In this document: positions 1-9,234 of the stretch, piece by piece
Layout of the letters: each line of letters opens with the position of its first letter
How positions within the stretch are numbered: the stretch's first letter is position 1
DNA from: Candidatus Falkowbacteria bacterium HGW-Falkowbacteria-1
GTDB lineage: Bacteria > Patescibacteriota > Patescibacteriia > Patescibacteriales > UBA12465
Assembly: GCA_002840305.1 (NCBI GenBank)
Contig: PHAI01000003.1
Coordinates: 70,908-134,907 of the forward strand
Direction: 5' to 3'
Length of the DNA: 64,000 nucleotides
Program-made: the position numbers and the translations under genes
The notes under the pieces: generated by a model
What the model was told of the DNA's origin: nothing
The model's database searches: none
What the model saw: the letters and a program-made list of their open reading frames with translations, nothing else

Positions 1-3000
1 CTTAAATTATGATTCTTGTTAAATCTATCGGTATAAGAAGAGCATCCTAGGTTGTAATTTACACCTTTATACTCATTAACTTGATTATAATAACAAATAT
101 TAGGTGTCACCCAAGAGTTTTTAATTAAGTAATATTTATTAGTAATTTCTGAAATAATTAAATCATCAATATTGACAGTATTAGAACCATTGTTTTTAAG
201 GACTATCATCTCATCATCTAATACGTCATGATCTAGATTTTCCAAGTTAGCCCTATAAACCTGCCAGGAAGAACCATTGACTGCTATATTTGAATTAACT
301 GAGCCATCAGAAGTATTGATTACTTCGAATTTCGAAACATCGCCCAAGCTGTTAACGAAGGAAATTTCCAGGTTAGAAGTAACTCCCGACAATGTTTTCG
401 CCAAGAAACTAACAACATAAGACTTGTCTCTTTCTACCACTTTCCCTAAATTCTTTCCTACTGCAGAGTTAGGGTTAACTTTAAGCGATTTTCCGCCGTT
501 TTCCAAGGCTTCAATCGACGAAAGACTAGTCGCCGCCGAAACTGCTTTAATATAATTAATTGGCGCTTTGCTTATTTCATCTAAAAGTTCATCCGAAAAA
601 AGATCGTCTCCAACCCAACCAGAAGAGTCAGTTTCAAAATCATAAGAATCTAAAATTTGGATATTGTTTCCAGAATTTCCGGTATATTCCCTGCAACCAT
701 TTTCAGAAGCAGGACAAGGCTTTCCTTCTCCCGGTATAGCCTTATATAAACAAGCGTTTTGGTTTGTGTCCCAGATTCCACCATTTAAACAATGAAAACA
801 AACCAAGCCATTTTCATCTTCGCCATCATAATTAGCAACAGAAGATTGTCCCCAGTAGGCGACTCTTCTGCCCCCAACATTCAAAGCATTACACTCACTC
901 GGAGTGTTTATTTCCCTGTCTATATTTTTATCTGTCATCCTAAAAAGTTTACAATTGTCCGAACAGGATAAAGTCTTTGTATATAGAGCGTAAATAACAT
1001 CTCCTGATTGAGTATAAAATTCTCGACAATCAGGATTATATCTTGGATCAGAAGTAGAATATTTATAAATTTCTCTGCTACAAACATCAACGCCGTCAAT
1101 CATATGTTTGTAAGATCCGCCCAACGAAGAAAGAATCCCCGAGGTAAGCATCGGAATAGAATCGGCGGAGGCCAAACTAAAGGATCTCAACTGATAGCCG
1201 CTTTCATCGCTACCCTCCCAAGAATAAAAATTGCTACAAGTTCCATCGCCTGGTTTTATACATTGTCTCAAATAACTATAGTATTCAATTTTTTCTCCCC
1301 CACTGGCAACATCTTCCAAATTAGTAAATTGTGTACAAGCAACATTATTAACAGAGCATTTCTGAGCGGAACTAGGAATTAATCTGTATGGATAATCGCT
1401 CTCAAAAGTAGTTAATTTTTGAATATAAACGTCATAACCAACGCAAGAGCTCGGACAATAATCCTTGTCCATGGCTTTGGCCGCTACACTGCGTCCATCT
1501 CTCAATTTAAAAAGATCACAACCAAGTTCGTCGAAATTACATAATCTAGCGTACTTATAACAGGCCGACGGAGCATTAGATTTCAGTCTAAAATCTCCAT
1601 TGTTATAGTTAACATAACAAATACCCTTCAAATATTCCGGAATAGTTTTAAAATAAGTTAAAGCGTTTCCTCTGTAATCAGAATAAAAAGTCCCAACAGT
1701 CCCTTTCTCCAATTTCAATTGGTCGATAACACAAGTTCCGCCCGCCCCAGGATTTATTGAGAAGGGGACAATGTTCCCAACCGCGCTATCAGAATATGTA
1801 TACGAAGCAGATTGATAAGTAAATTCACTAGACGGAGAAATGATAACTGGCGTGGTCATTGCACCCACCGATACCGTTGAGCTTGCATTACAGGTGGAAT
1901 AAAAAGAAAAAGTAAAGGTCTCTCCTCTAGTAAAGTTTCCACTAGGACCAACAATGGACGAGCTAGAAAATCCTGAAGAACTAGGGATGTTAATTGCTTT
2001 AGTGCCCTCATAACCAATTCCATTATATATGCTATGACCGCCCCAAGTATCTCCTTCTTCAAAGCTTCCATTTATTATAAAATTATGCCCAAAACCAGAC
2101 TTAGTTCTGATAAACTCATTGCAACCCTCAGCGGTAGCAGGACAAGATTCTACTTTAGAATTAAAATAAATTAGGTTACTCTGGGCCGAACTCCAGTTAA
2201 CGGCCGAATTATTAATATCGTATCCACCATTTTTTGAATATATGCTACAACCAGAATTATCAGCGGAACAAAAATTATAATCTATAGTATTTTTGAGTAG
2301 TGCTAACTTCTTTCCATCAACGCTAGTAAAAGACTCGCAAGTATTATAAACCGACGGACACGAATCGCTATTGAAATTCCAAGTTCTTTTCTCTTCTGTA
2401 CAATAGCCATAGAATTGACAACTGCCATCATTGGCCTCCTTTATACAGGACCTTTCATCGGCACAATAAGTATCGCTTCTAATAACAAGGATATCGTCCC
2501 TCGCTGGCTCATCTCCGGCTTCTGGAATGGAAATAATTTCAGTAGATAAAACATGCCCACCATAACCTTGTTTAGCACAATAATTTAAAGGTGCCTTTAA
2601 AACCCAATTTGGGTCAACTAAGCCCTGGCACCAACTAAGATTTCCTCCAAATTTATCAATAGGAAAATTTTTACTAAATTGACTATATTCATCGCCTCCA
2701 GTCCCTTGACCGTCAAAACAAGAAACCATATCCATTATAGTATATTGCCCACCATGAGTTTTTTCCTTTTCAGATATTCTAACCAAAGCCTCTTCCCATC
2801 CCACAGGAACTATACGAAATTTTCTAAGGACCATCAAAGATCTCTCATTTAAAGTTGTTTCATAGTTTCCCTTTTCCGCAAAAAGCATTCCATCTGATAT
2901 GTAGCCATTTTTAATAGCCTCTATAAGTGTATTTCGATTTTCAACTGCTCTACCGAAAGATTGTCCAATGATACAATTATTCGGGCCCGAATAAGTATTC

Positions 3001-4076
3001 TCGCCCTGACAAAGCATTAAGTCTGACAAAATACTGTAATCTGTTTTTTCTTTAGTTTTGACTGTTAAAATTTTTCTTAAAGATTCCTTTATAGTACTTT
3101 CGCCAGAATAAGCATCGGGATCAGCCTCGTAATTAGTAATAGGGTTTTCGTAAGGATTCTCAAATTCGGCATTTCGAAGATCACTCGCCATATCACGAAT
3201 ATGAGTAATCAGCCTATTAAAAGCTGCTATTCCTGCTTGATTAATAAAAATATTAGCAGCGTCCACCATTATTTGACCAGTGACCTTACCAAATCCTTGC
3301 TCTTGTAACCTAATTGCTTGTTGTGTTTGCATTGGGCCAGATTCTGGAACGGCAAGTGTTACTCCCGCGATGTTTCTATCACTTATCCAACCTCTTTCAG
3401 TTACTATCTGGGTTTCAATTTTTTTCGCCGCTTTCATTTCCTCTTCACTTGAAACCCCAAAAAGAGTCATAGACATACCAATGTCATTGCCAGTTGGATT
3501 CATAGAATCAGCCACAGAATCTAACCAATCAGCACCCGTCATCGACGTCCATTTATCATATTCATTAGCCCAAGCATTACCCATCTCTTTTAGCGAACAC
3601 TTAGGCTCATATGTTGGTATTTTATGATCAACCAAAAACCCTCCTATTTTTAACTTCACGTCTATGCTAGGGTTACAAATTTGATCACCAAATTTCTCTG
3701 GTAACATGCTTAAAACTTCAGAAAAGGCTGCGTCTCCAGCATTTGAAGCCAAATCAGTAAAATAACCTTGGGCAAACATTGGGTTTTGTCCTTTAGCGCC
3801 ACTGCCAACCCACGTTCCAAGATCGGAGGCAAGTGTGTTCATGGATACCTGCAAGGCTGACTGAAAAATCCTAGACGCCATATCCTTAAGTTTGTCTTTC
3901 CAATTATCTTTAATATAGTCTGTAACCTTTCTAATGACCGCAACTGGACCTCCAATGACGTCAGAAAAAGCTTGGGCTTTTTGAGGAGCAAAAAATAAAC
4001 CAAAAACAAGAAAAAAAACCGAAAAAGAAATAACTACTTTTTTAAAAAATCGATTATGAATGGCCCTTTTTATCAT
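1..4076 (-). CDS. Large secreted cysteine-rich surface protein, truncated by the window edge (more than 1350 aa)
   Basis: Absent from the ORF track because it has no stop inside the window. Manual reverse translation from the ATG at 4076-4074 gives MIKRAIHNRFFKKVVISFSVFFLVFGLFFAPQKAQA..., a signal peptide or anchor. The frame stays open to position 3. Spot checks: 2041-2099 gives SGFGHNFIINGSFEEGDTWG and 3-59 gives NYNLGCSSYTDRFNKNHNL. Many Cys residues and NGSFE..W jelly-roll-like motifs. The only listed minus ORF in the region (1856..2071) is in another frame. Confidence 0.75.
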   Translation of the reverse strand, partial: MIKRAIHNRFFKKVVISFSVFFLVFGLFFAPQKAQAFSDVIGGPVAVIRKVTDYIKDNWKDKLKDMASRIFQSALQVSMNTLASDLGTWVGSGAKGQNPMFAQGYFTDLASNAGDAAFSEVLSMLPEKFGDQICNPSIDVKLKIGGFLVDHKIPTYEPKCSLKEMGNAWANEYDKWTSMTGADWLDSVADSMNPTGNDIGMSMTLFGVSSEEEMKAAKKIETQIVTERGWISDRNIAGVTLAVPESGPMQTQQAIRLQEQGFGKVTGQIMVDAANIFINQAGIAAFNRLITHIRDMASDLRNAEFENPYENPITNYEADPDAYSGESTIKESLRKILTVKTKEKTDYSILSDLMLCQGENTYSGPNNCIIGQSFGRAVENRNTLIEAIKNGYISDGMLFAEKGNYETTLNERSLMVLRKFRIVPVGWEEALVRISEKEKTHGGQYTIMDMVSCFDGQGTGGDEYSQFSKNFPIDKFGGNLSWCQGLVDPNWVLKAPLNYCAKQGYGGHVLSTEIISIPEAGDEPARDDILVIRSDTYCADERSCIKEANDGSCQFYGYCTEEKRTWNFNSDSCPSVYNTCESFTSVDGKKLALLKNTIDYNFCSADNSGCSIYSKNGGYDINNSAVNWSSAQSNLIYFNSKVESCPATAEGCNEFIRTKSGFGHNFIINGSFEEGDTWGGHSIYNGIGYEGTKAINIPSSSGFSSSSIVGPSGNFTRGETFTFSFYSTCNASSTVSVGAMTTPVIISPSSEFTYQSASYTYSDSAVGNIVPFSINPGAGGTCVIDQLKLEKGTVGTFYSDYRGNALTYFKTIPEYLKGICYVNYNNGDFRLKSNAPSACYKYARLCNFDELGCDLFKLRDGRSVAAKAMDKDYCPSSCVGYDVYIQKLTTFESDYPYRLIPSSAQKCSVNNVACTQFTNLEDVASGGEKIEYYSYLRQCIKPGDGTCSNFYSWEGSDESGYQLRSFSLASADSIPMLTSGILSSLGGSYKHMIDGVDVCSREIYKYSTSDPRYNPDCREFYTQSGDVIYALYTKTLSCSDNCKLFRMTDKNIDREINTPSECNALNVGGRRVAYWGQSSVANYDGEDENGLVCFHCLNGGIWDTNQNACLYKAIPGEGKPCPASENGCREYTGNSGNNIQILDSYDFETDSSGWVGDDLFSDELLDEISKAPINYIKAVSAATSLSSIEALENGGKSLKVNPNSAVGKNLGKVVERDKSYVVSFLAKTLSGVTSNLEISFVNSLGDVSKFEVINTSDGSVNSNIAVNGSSWQVYRANLENLDHDVLDDEMIVLKNNGSNTVNIDDLIISEITNKYYLIKNSWVTPNICYYNQVNEYKGVNYNLGCSSYTDRFNKNHNL

Positions 4077-4094
4077 AAAATTTATATAAATTTT

Positions 4095-4931
4095 TTAATT
4101 ATTTTGAGAAATATCAGAATAAGCTTCGTTTAAAAGCTCATAATAAACGCCTAAAAGATCGTCATCACTTAACAGGTTTAAATCATCATCGGAAAAACCA
4201 GCCTTTCTTAATTCTGTTCTTATTTCATCTGGAGATATTTGATAAGATTGAGAAATAGAACTATTGTCCGTAGAGCTTCCACTACCAGAGTTTAAAACAT
4301 TTAATATGTCACTATTGCCGTTAGAATCTAATAAAGGATTTGTAGTATTTTCGCTCTCCTGAGAACTTATCATCCCAGAGGAAGAGCAATTTTGGCCCTC
4401 AGGACAAAGTGGATCGGTTTTATAAACAGACGCTTCTTCATAGTCGGTCAAGTTATCCCCATCAGTATCTTCCAAATAGGGGGAGGTTCCATATATAAAA
4501 AGTTCATCCCAATCAGAAATACTATCACCATCAGTGTCAACAAGCTTCAAATCCATATTTTCAGCAGTCAAGCCAGATTCAGCCGAACAATTTCCGCTGC
4601 TACAAGTGCTATTGTCAGTGTTATTACTGGTGGCAGCAACATTTTTACCAGCATTAGGATCTCTTAATACAAAAGGAGATTGAATAAGACTTTTAATATT
4701 TAAAAAGGCTATGGTTATAATCAATAAGGAAAAAACACCTAAAACACCTAGGGCGATTTTTCTTTCTTTGTCTATTTTCTTAAAAGAAAAAGATCCTCCG
4801 CCCTCGCCTTTGTCGTCTCGACCGAGTGAAGCGAGTGGAGAGATCTGCCCTTGTTGATAATAAAGATTTTCGTCAAATTTTTCATTATCAAAATACTCCC
4901 GATATTTATTTTTATTATTATCGTTGGTCAT
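4095..4931 (-). CDS. Single-pass membrane protein with thrombospondin type 3-like Ca-binding repeats
   Basis: 278 aa. TM segment IALGVLGVFSLLIITIAFL. Repeats DTDGDSISDWDE and DTDGDNLTDYEE (DxDxD type). Its stop lies 18 nt upstream of the giant downstream gene. Confidence 0.6.
   Translation of the reverse strand: MTNDNNKNKYREYFDNEKFDENLYYQQGQISPLASLGRDDKGEGGGSFSFKKIDKERKIALGVLGVFSLLIITIAFLNIKSLIQSPFVLRDPNAGKNVAATSNNTDNSTCSSGNCSAESGLTAENMDLKLVDTDGDSISDWDELFIYGTSPYLEDTDGDNLTDYEEASVYKTDPLCPEGQNCSSSGMISSQESENTTNPLLDSNGNSDILNVLNSGSGSSTDNSSISQSYQISPDEIRTELRKAGFSDDDLNLLSDDDLLGVYYELLNEAYSDISQNN
4806..4846. repeat. Family-A palindromic repeat copy lying in-frame inside the 4095..4931 CDS
   Basis: gcctttgtcgtctcgaccgagtgaagcgagtggagagatct shares both termini (CCTTTGTCRTCTCGAC ... 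GGAGAGATC) with the copies at 4976-5081 and 9863-9913. It encodes QISPLASLGRDDKGEG. Confidence 0.6.
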
Positions 4932-4975
4932 AATAAAATATTATAATATTTTTTACAAAAAAGCAAGTAAATTTT

Positions 4976-5081
4976 CCCCTTTGTCATCTCGACTGGGCCA
5001 TCCTACGGATGGCGAGCAGAGAGGTCTTTCCCCTTTGTCATCTCGACTGAGCCATCCTACGGATGGCGAGCGGAGAGATCT
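4976..5081 (+). repeat. Two tandem family-A GC-rich palindromic repeats (54-nt period)
   Basis: cccctttgtcatctcgactgGgccatcctacggatggcgagcAgagaGGtct is followed by a near-identical second copy. Internal perfect stem GCCATCC-tac-GGATGGC. GC-rich island in AT-rich intergenic DNA. Confidence 0.85.
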
Positions 5082-5133
5082 GTTTACAATAAATTAAAGT
5101 TAAATTTATGATCGGTTTTTTATAATCTTATTT

Positions 5134-5439
5134 ATGAAAAATCGAGATTATAATTTTTATGTTTATATTTTAACTAATTATACTAAAAAAGTTTTTTATA
5201 TTGGAGTAACTAACAGTTTAATAGCTAGAATAAATATTCACAAAGAAAAAATTAACAAAAATTCTTTTACCAGCAAATACAATTGTGTCTATTTGGTTTA
5301 TTATGAACATTTTACTTATTATTACACAGCTTTTTTGAGAGAAAAACAACTAAAAAAATGGCGGAGAGAAAAGAAAGCCAACTTAATAAATAAATTTAAT
5401 CCTGATTGGAAAGATTTATATGGTTTAATTACGGGATAG
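5134..5439 (+). CDS. Small GIY-YIG nuclease-domain protein (COG2827/UPF0213-like)
   Basis: 101 aa. YNFYVYILTN....FYIGVTNSL..R...H and the later ...E..LKKW.R.KK pattern are typical of stand-alone GIY-YIG (YhbQ-like) proteins. Confidence 0.8.
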   Translation: MKNRDYNFYVYILTNYTKKVFYIGVTNSLIARINIHKEKINKNSFTSKYNCVYLVYYEHFTYYYTAFLREKQLKKWRREKKANLINKFNPDWKDLYGLITG

Positions 5440-5535
5440 CCCTCTCCGCTCATTCGTAACTTTGCTTCTCATTCGGTCGAGGTGACAAAGGGAAAACATC
5501 GCCTTACTCCTCGTTCAGTCGAGATGACAAAATGG
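5439..5535 (-). repeat. Two family-A repeat copies, inverted relative to 4976-5081
   Basis: The reverse complement of 5476-5492 is CCCTTTGTCACCTCGAC, matching the left-hand terminus CCCTTTGTCATCTCGAC at 16 of 17 positions. The reverse complement of 5497-5535 contains TTTTGTCATCTCGACTGA. The inner copy starts at the GIY-YIG stop codon. Confidence 0.75.
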
Positions 5536-6391
5536 GGTCTATTTTCTCAAAAATATCCAACCAATTATCAATAGACAATTGTTCGGCCCTGCATTTTAAA
5601 TCCAAGTTAAGGAATCTCAATATTTCTTCAATTTTTGCTTGTTCAATATTTAAAGCTGAAGATAAATTATTTTTCAGCATTTTCCTCTTTGCACTAAATC
5701 CATATTTTAATAAACGAAAAAATCTTTTCTCATCCTCATAATTATTAAAAACCGGCTTATTTTCTTTGCCGGAACGACAAAAGGGCCTCGGCTTTATTCT
5801 TATGATCGCGCTCTCCACCTGTGGAGCCGGATAAAAATTGTTTTTAGAAACTTCAGCTATTATTTCAGCATCGGCATAAAACTGAACTGAAATAGAGAGC
5901 AGACTCATTTTCGGTGGTTTGGAAATTATTCTCTCTACTACTTCTTTTTGCAAAAGCAAAACTATTAATTCTGGTTTATTGGCTATTGTCAAAAATTTTC
6001 TTAAAAAGATTGAAGTAATATTATACGGTAAATTGGCTACTATTTTATACTTTCCCAATTTAGAGACATTATCACCTTTGATTTTTAAAACGTCATTATT
6101 AAAAATCTTTATGTTTTTTATTTCTTTAGAAATAATTAAAGTATTTAATACTTCAGCCAATTTTTCATCAAGCTCTACTGCCAAAACTTTTTTTACTAAT
6201 TTTGACATTTTAAAAGTAAGAATCCCAAGCCCTGGACCGACCTCAAGAACCACATCGTCTTTTTCTAAATTAGCACAAGAAATAACTTGATCGTAAACAT
6301 CTTCATTAACTAAAAAATTTTGCCCTTTTGATTTTTCGGGCTTGATATCATAAATTTTACAGAGTTCTAAAGTTTGTTTAAGTAAGTCCAT
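5504..6391 (-). CDS. rsmA: 16S rRNA (adenine1518/1519-N6)-dimethyltransferase
   Basis: 295 aa. KSKGQNFL, SAM-binding VLEVGPGLGILT and NLPYNI motifs of KsgA/RsmA. The last 9 codons and the stop lie inside a family-A repeat. Confidence 0.93.
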   Translation of the reverse strand: MDLLKQTLELCKIYDIKPEKSKGQNFLVNEDVYDQVISCANLEKDDVVLEVGPGLGILTFKMSKLVKKVLAVELDEKLAEVLNTLIISKEIKNIKIFNNDVLKIKGDNVSKLGKYKIVANLPYNITSIFLRKFLTIANKPELIVLLLQKEVVERIISKPPKMSLLSISVQFYADAEIIAEVSKNNFYPAPQVESAIIRIKPRPFCRSGKENKPVFNNYEDEKRFFRLLKYGFSAKRKMLKNNLSSALNIEQAKIEEILRFLNLDLKCRAEQLSIDNWLDIFEKIDPILSSRLNEE

Positions 6392-6396
6392 TGGCT

Positions 6397-8808
6397 TTAT
6401 CTAACAACAATATTTATAAGTTTATTTTTAATAAAAATAATTTTTACAAGCTCCTTGCCCTCTAGATGTTTTTTGACATTGCTTCTTTCTCTGGCCAATT
6501 CTTCTACAACTTTTTGATCACTGTCAAAATCAACCTCAATTTCATCACGAAGCTTACCATTTACTTGAATGGCTATTTTTGCTTTTTCATCTTTTATTAA
6601 ATTGCTGTCATAAATTGGCCAATCTAAATTACAAACACTTCCAACTCTTTCAGGATTTATTTTCTGATATAGTTCTTCACTTAAATGCGGGGTAAATGGT
6701 ACCAATAATTTAATAAATATACTAAAAACATTTCTATTAATATCTTTTTTAGTTAATAAATGATTTAGAAATATCATCATCTGGGAAATGGCCGTATGAA
6801 ATGAAATGTTTTCTATATCTTCTCCAATTTTTTTAATTGTTTTGTGAAGTAAATTCAAGGTTTCCCTGTCAGCTTCTTCTTCTGTAATTTCTTTTTCGGA
6901 CAAACTCCAAATTTTATTGATAAATCTACCAATACCATTAATAGCCGAAGTTGACCAGGCAGATGTGTCTCCATAGGGACCCATAAACATTATATAGACC
7001 CTCATGACATCGGCTCCGTATTCCGCTATAACATCATCTGGGTTTATAACATTGCCCCATCTTTTGCTCATCTTTTTGCCGTCCTCGGCCAATATTAAAC
7101 CATGTTGAACTCTCCTTTTATATGGCTCAGAAACAGGGACTATTCCTTTTTCATACAGAGCTTTATTCCAAAATCTAGAATAGAGCAAATGAACTGTCGT
7201 GTGTTCTGCCCCACCAAAATAAACATCAACTGGCATAAAATATTTTAAATTGTCTTGCGATGCTAATTCCTTATCATTATGCGGATCAATATATCTTAAA
7301 AAATACCACGAAGATCCAGCCCACTGAGGCATAGTGTTGGTTTCGCGCTTAGCTTCTCCGCCACACTTGGGACATTTCACGTTCACCCAGGAATCTATTT
7401 TGGAAAGTGGTGATTCTCCGGTTCCGCTTGGCTCATAATTCTCTACTTCTGGTAAAAGCAAGGGCAATTCATTTTCAGAAATTGGAACGTTGCCACAAAC
7501 AAGACATTTTATTATTGGAATTGGTTCTCCCCAATATCTCTGTCTGGAAAATAACCAGTCTCTCAGTTTGTAGTTTATTTTTTTCTTTGCGAAACCTCCT
7601 CTTTCTCCTTTTTCTACCATTTTTTCTCTGGCCTCAAGTGATTGTAAGCCAGTAAACTCTCCTGAATCAATTAGAACTCCATCCTCTGTGTAACAGGTTT
7701 CGGATTCTTTTTTATTTTCCGGCAAAATTGCAGTTTTTATTTCTATATTATATTTTTGAGCAAACTCAAAATCTCTTTCATCATGAGCCGGAACGGCCAT
7801 CACTGCTCCAGTTCCATAAGAAGAAAGAACGTAATCAGCAATAAAAATATCAACCTTTTCTTGATTAAAAAGGTTTATAGCCTTGATTCCATCTAATTTA
7901 ATTCCGCTTTTCTCTTTATTTAAATCAGTTCTTTCTAAATCTGACTTATTTTTTATTTTTTTTATATAACCATTAACCTCCTCCCAATTTTTAACTTTAT
8001 TTTTCAGCCCCTCTACTAAAATATTTTCTGGTGCTAACACTACATATGTACATCCAAAAATAGTATCAATTCTGGTTGTAAAAACATTTATTTTTTTATC
8101 GGAATTTTCGATGTCGAATTTTATTTCAGCTCCCTCCGATCTGCCTATCCAATTTTTTTGACTAGTTTTTATATATTCCGGCCAGTTTAAATCCTTTAAA
8201 TCATTTATTAATTTATCAGCATAATTGGTAATTTTTAAGAACCATTGTTTCATGTTTTTTTGCTCAACAACGCTATCACATCTTTCACATTTTCCGTCTA
8301 TCACTTCTTCGTTGGCCAGACCGGTCTTGCAAGACGGACACCAATTGATTGGAGCTTCTTTTTCATAAGCTAAGCCCATTTCAAATAATTTTAAAAATAT
8401 CCACTGTGTCCATTTATAATATTTTGGATCGGTTGTGTCTATTTCTCTGTCCCAATCAAAAGACGGACCAAAACTTTTAATTTGTCTTCTAAAATTTTTA
8501 ATATTTTCTTGGGTAAAATGATTGGGATGTTTTTTATTTTTAATAGCAAAGTTTTCGGCTGGTAGGCCAAAAGCGTCCCAACCCATAGCGTTCAAAACAT
8601 TATAACCGTTCATTCTCTTATATCTAGCAAAAATATCAACGGCCGTTTGACCTTTGACATGTCCAACGTGAACGCCGGCGCCAGACGGATAAGGAAACTC
8701 CACTAAAGTATAAAACTTTTCTTTATTAGAATCTGTTTCGGTCTTATATGTTTTGTTTTCTTCCCAATATTTCTGCCATTTTTTTTCTATTGTTTTATGG
8801 TCATACAT
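6397..8808 (-). CDS. leuS: Leucyl-tRNA synthetase
   Basis: 803 aa. HVGH (HIGH) motif, KMSKRWGN (KMSKS) motif, and CP1 editing region typical of bacterial LeuRS. Confidence 0.97.
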   Translation of the reverse strand: MYDHKTIEKKWQKYWEENKTYKTETDSNKEKFYTLVEFPYPSGAGVHVGHVKGQTAVDIFARYKRMNGYNVLNAMGWDAFGLPAENFAIKNKKHPNHFTQENIKNFRRQIKSFGPSFDWDREIDTTDPKYYKWTQWIFLKLFEMGLAYEKEAPINWCPSCKTGLANEEVIDGKCERCDSVVEQKNMKQWFLKITNYADKLINDLKDLNWPEYIKTSQKNWIGRSEGAEIKFDIENSDKKINVFTTRIDTIFGCTYVVLAPENILVEGLKNKVKNWEEVNGYIKKIKNKSDLERTDLNKEKSGIKLDGIKAINLFNQEKVDIFIADYVLSSYGTGAVMAVPAHDERDFEFAQKYNIEIKTAILPENKKESETCYTEDGVLIDSGEFTGLQSLEAREKMVEKGERGGFAKKKINYKLRDWLFSRQRYWGEPIPIIKCLVCGNVPISENELPLLLPEVENYEPSGTGESPLSKIDSWVNVKCPKCGGEAKRETNTMPQWAGSSWYFLRYIDPHNDKELASQDNLKYFMPVDVYFGGAEHTTVHLLYSRFWNKALYEKGIVPVSEPYKRRVQHGLILAEDGKKMSKRWGNVINPDDVIAEYGADVMRVYIMFMGPYGDTSAWSTSAINGIGRFINKIWSLSEKEITEEEADRETLNLLHKTIKKIGEDIENISFHTAISQMMIFLNHLLTKKDINRNVFSIFIKLLVPFTPHLSEELYQKINPERVGSVCNLDWPIYDSNLIKDEKAKIAIQVNGKLRDEIEVDFDSDQKVVEELARERSNVKKHLEGKELVKIIFIKNKLINIVVR

Positions 8809-8912
8809 AATTTTATTTTATAAGATTTTCGGGATTCTTGAGACTTTAAATCAATATGCTTTTAAATAATCTTAAAAATCTTAAGTATCTCAAGTGCCCT
8901 ATTTTTTTAATT

Positions 8913-9167
8913 TTATTCCTCCGTCATTTTTATTGCTTTAACTGGACATTCTTTGGCACAAAGACCACATCCCTTACAATAATCGTAATTAATAAAAGCT
9001 TTTTTTTGTTCTTTTACTTTCTTCATATAAGCCGCACTGTCTGGACAAATTTTAGAACATAATTCACATCCTATGCATTTATCAATATCTATTTCTGGCC
9101 TATAAGACCTCCAAGAACCAGTTTTGTTTTCTAAAGATGAATTTGGTTTTACTGCCATATTTATCAT
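8913..9167 (-). CDS. porD: Pyruvate:ferredoxin oxidoreductase delta subunit (2x[4Fe-4S] ferredoxin)
   Basis: 84 aa with CIGCELCSKICP and CKGCGLCAKECP cluster motifs. Adjacent to the gamma subunit gene. Confidence 0.85.
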   Translation of the reverse strand: MINMAVKPNSSLENKTGSWRSYRPEIDIDKCIGCELCSKICPDSAAYMKKVKEQKKAFINYDYCKGCGLCAKECPVKAIKMTEE

Positions 9168-9234
9168 AATGAGCTATTACTCCGACGCCTTTAAATAAAA
9201 TAAAGCAACAGGCACGAATAAAAAATCATTAATA

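Larger units (their letters stand above)
4976..5535. mobile_element. Candidate miniature mobile element: GIY-YIG gene bracketed by inverted family-A repeats
   Basis: Two repeat copies on each side in inverted orientation flank a single 101-aa nuclease gene. Solo copies occur at 4806-4846 and 9863-9913. Mobility itself is inferred, not shown. Confidence 0.35.

Noticed and set aside
1008-3627. Track ORFs 1008..1382(+), 1856..2071(-) and 3280..3627(+)
   Set aside because: All fall inside the long open minus-strand frame 1..4076, either antisense or out of frame, and have low-complexity translations.
4976-5081. CRISPR array
   Set aside because: There are only two directly abutting repeat units with no spacers. 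The same unit occurs singly and inverted elsewhere, and no cas genes are present. It behaves like a REP/MITE-type repeat.
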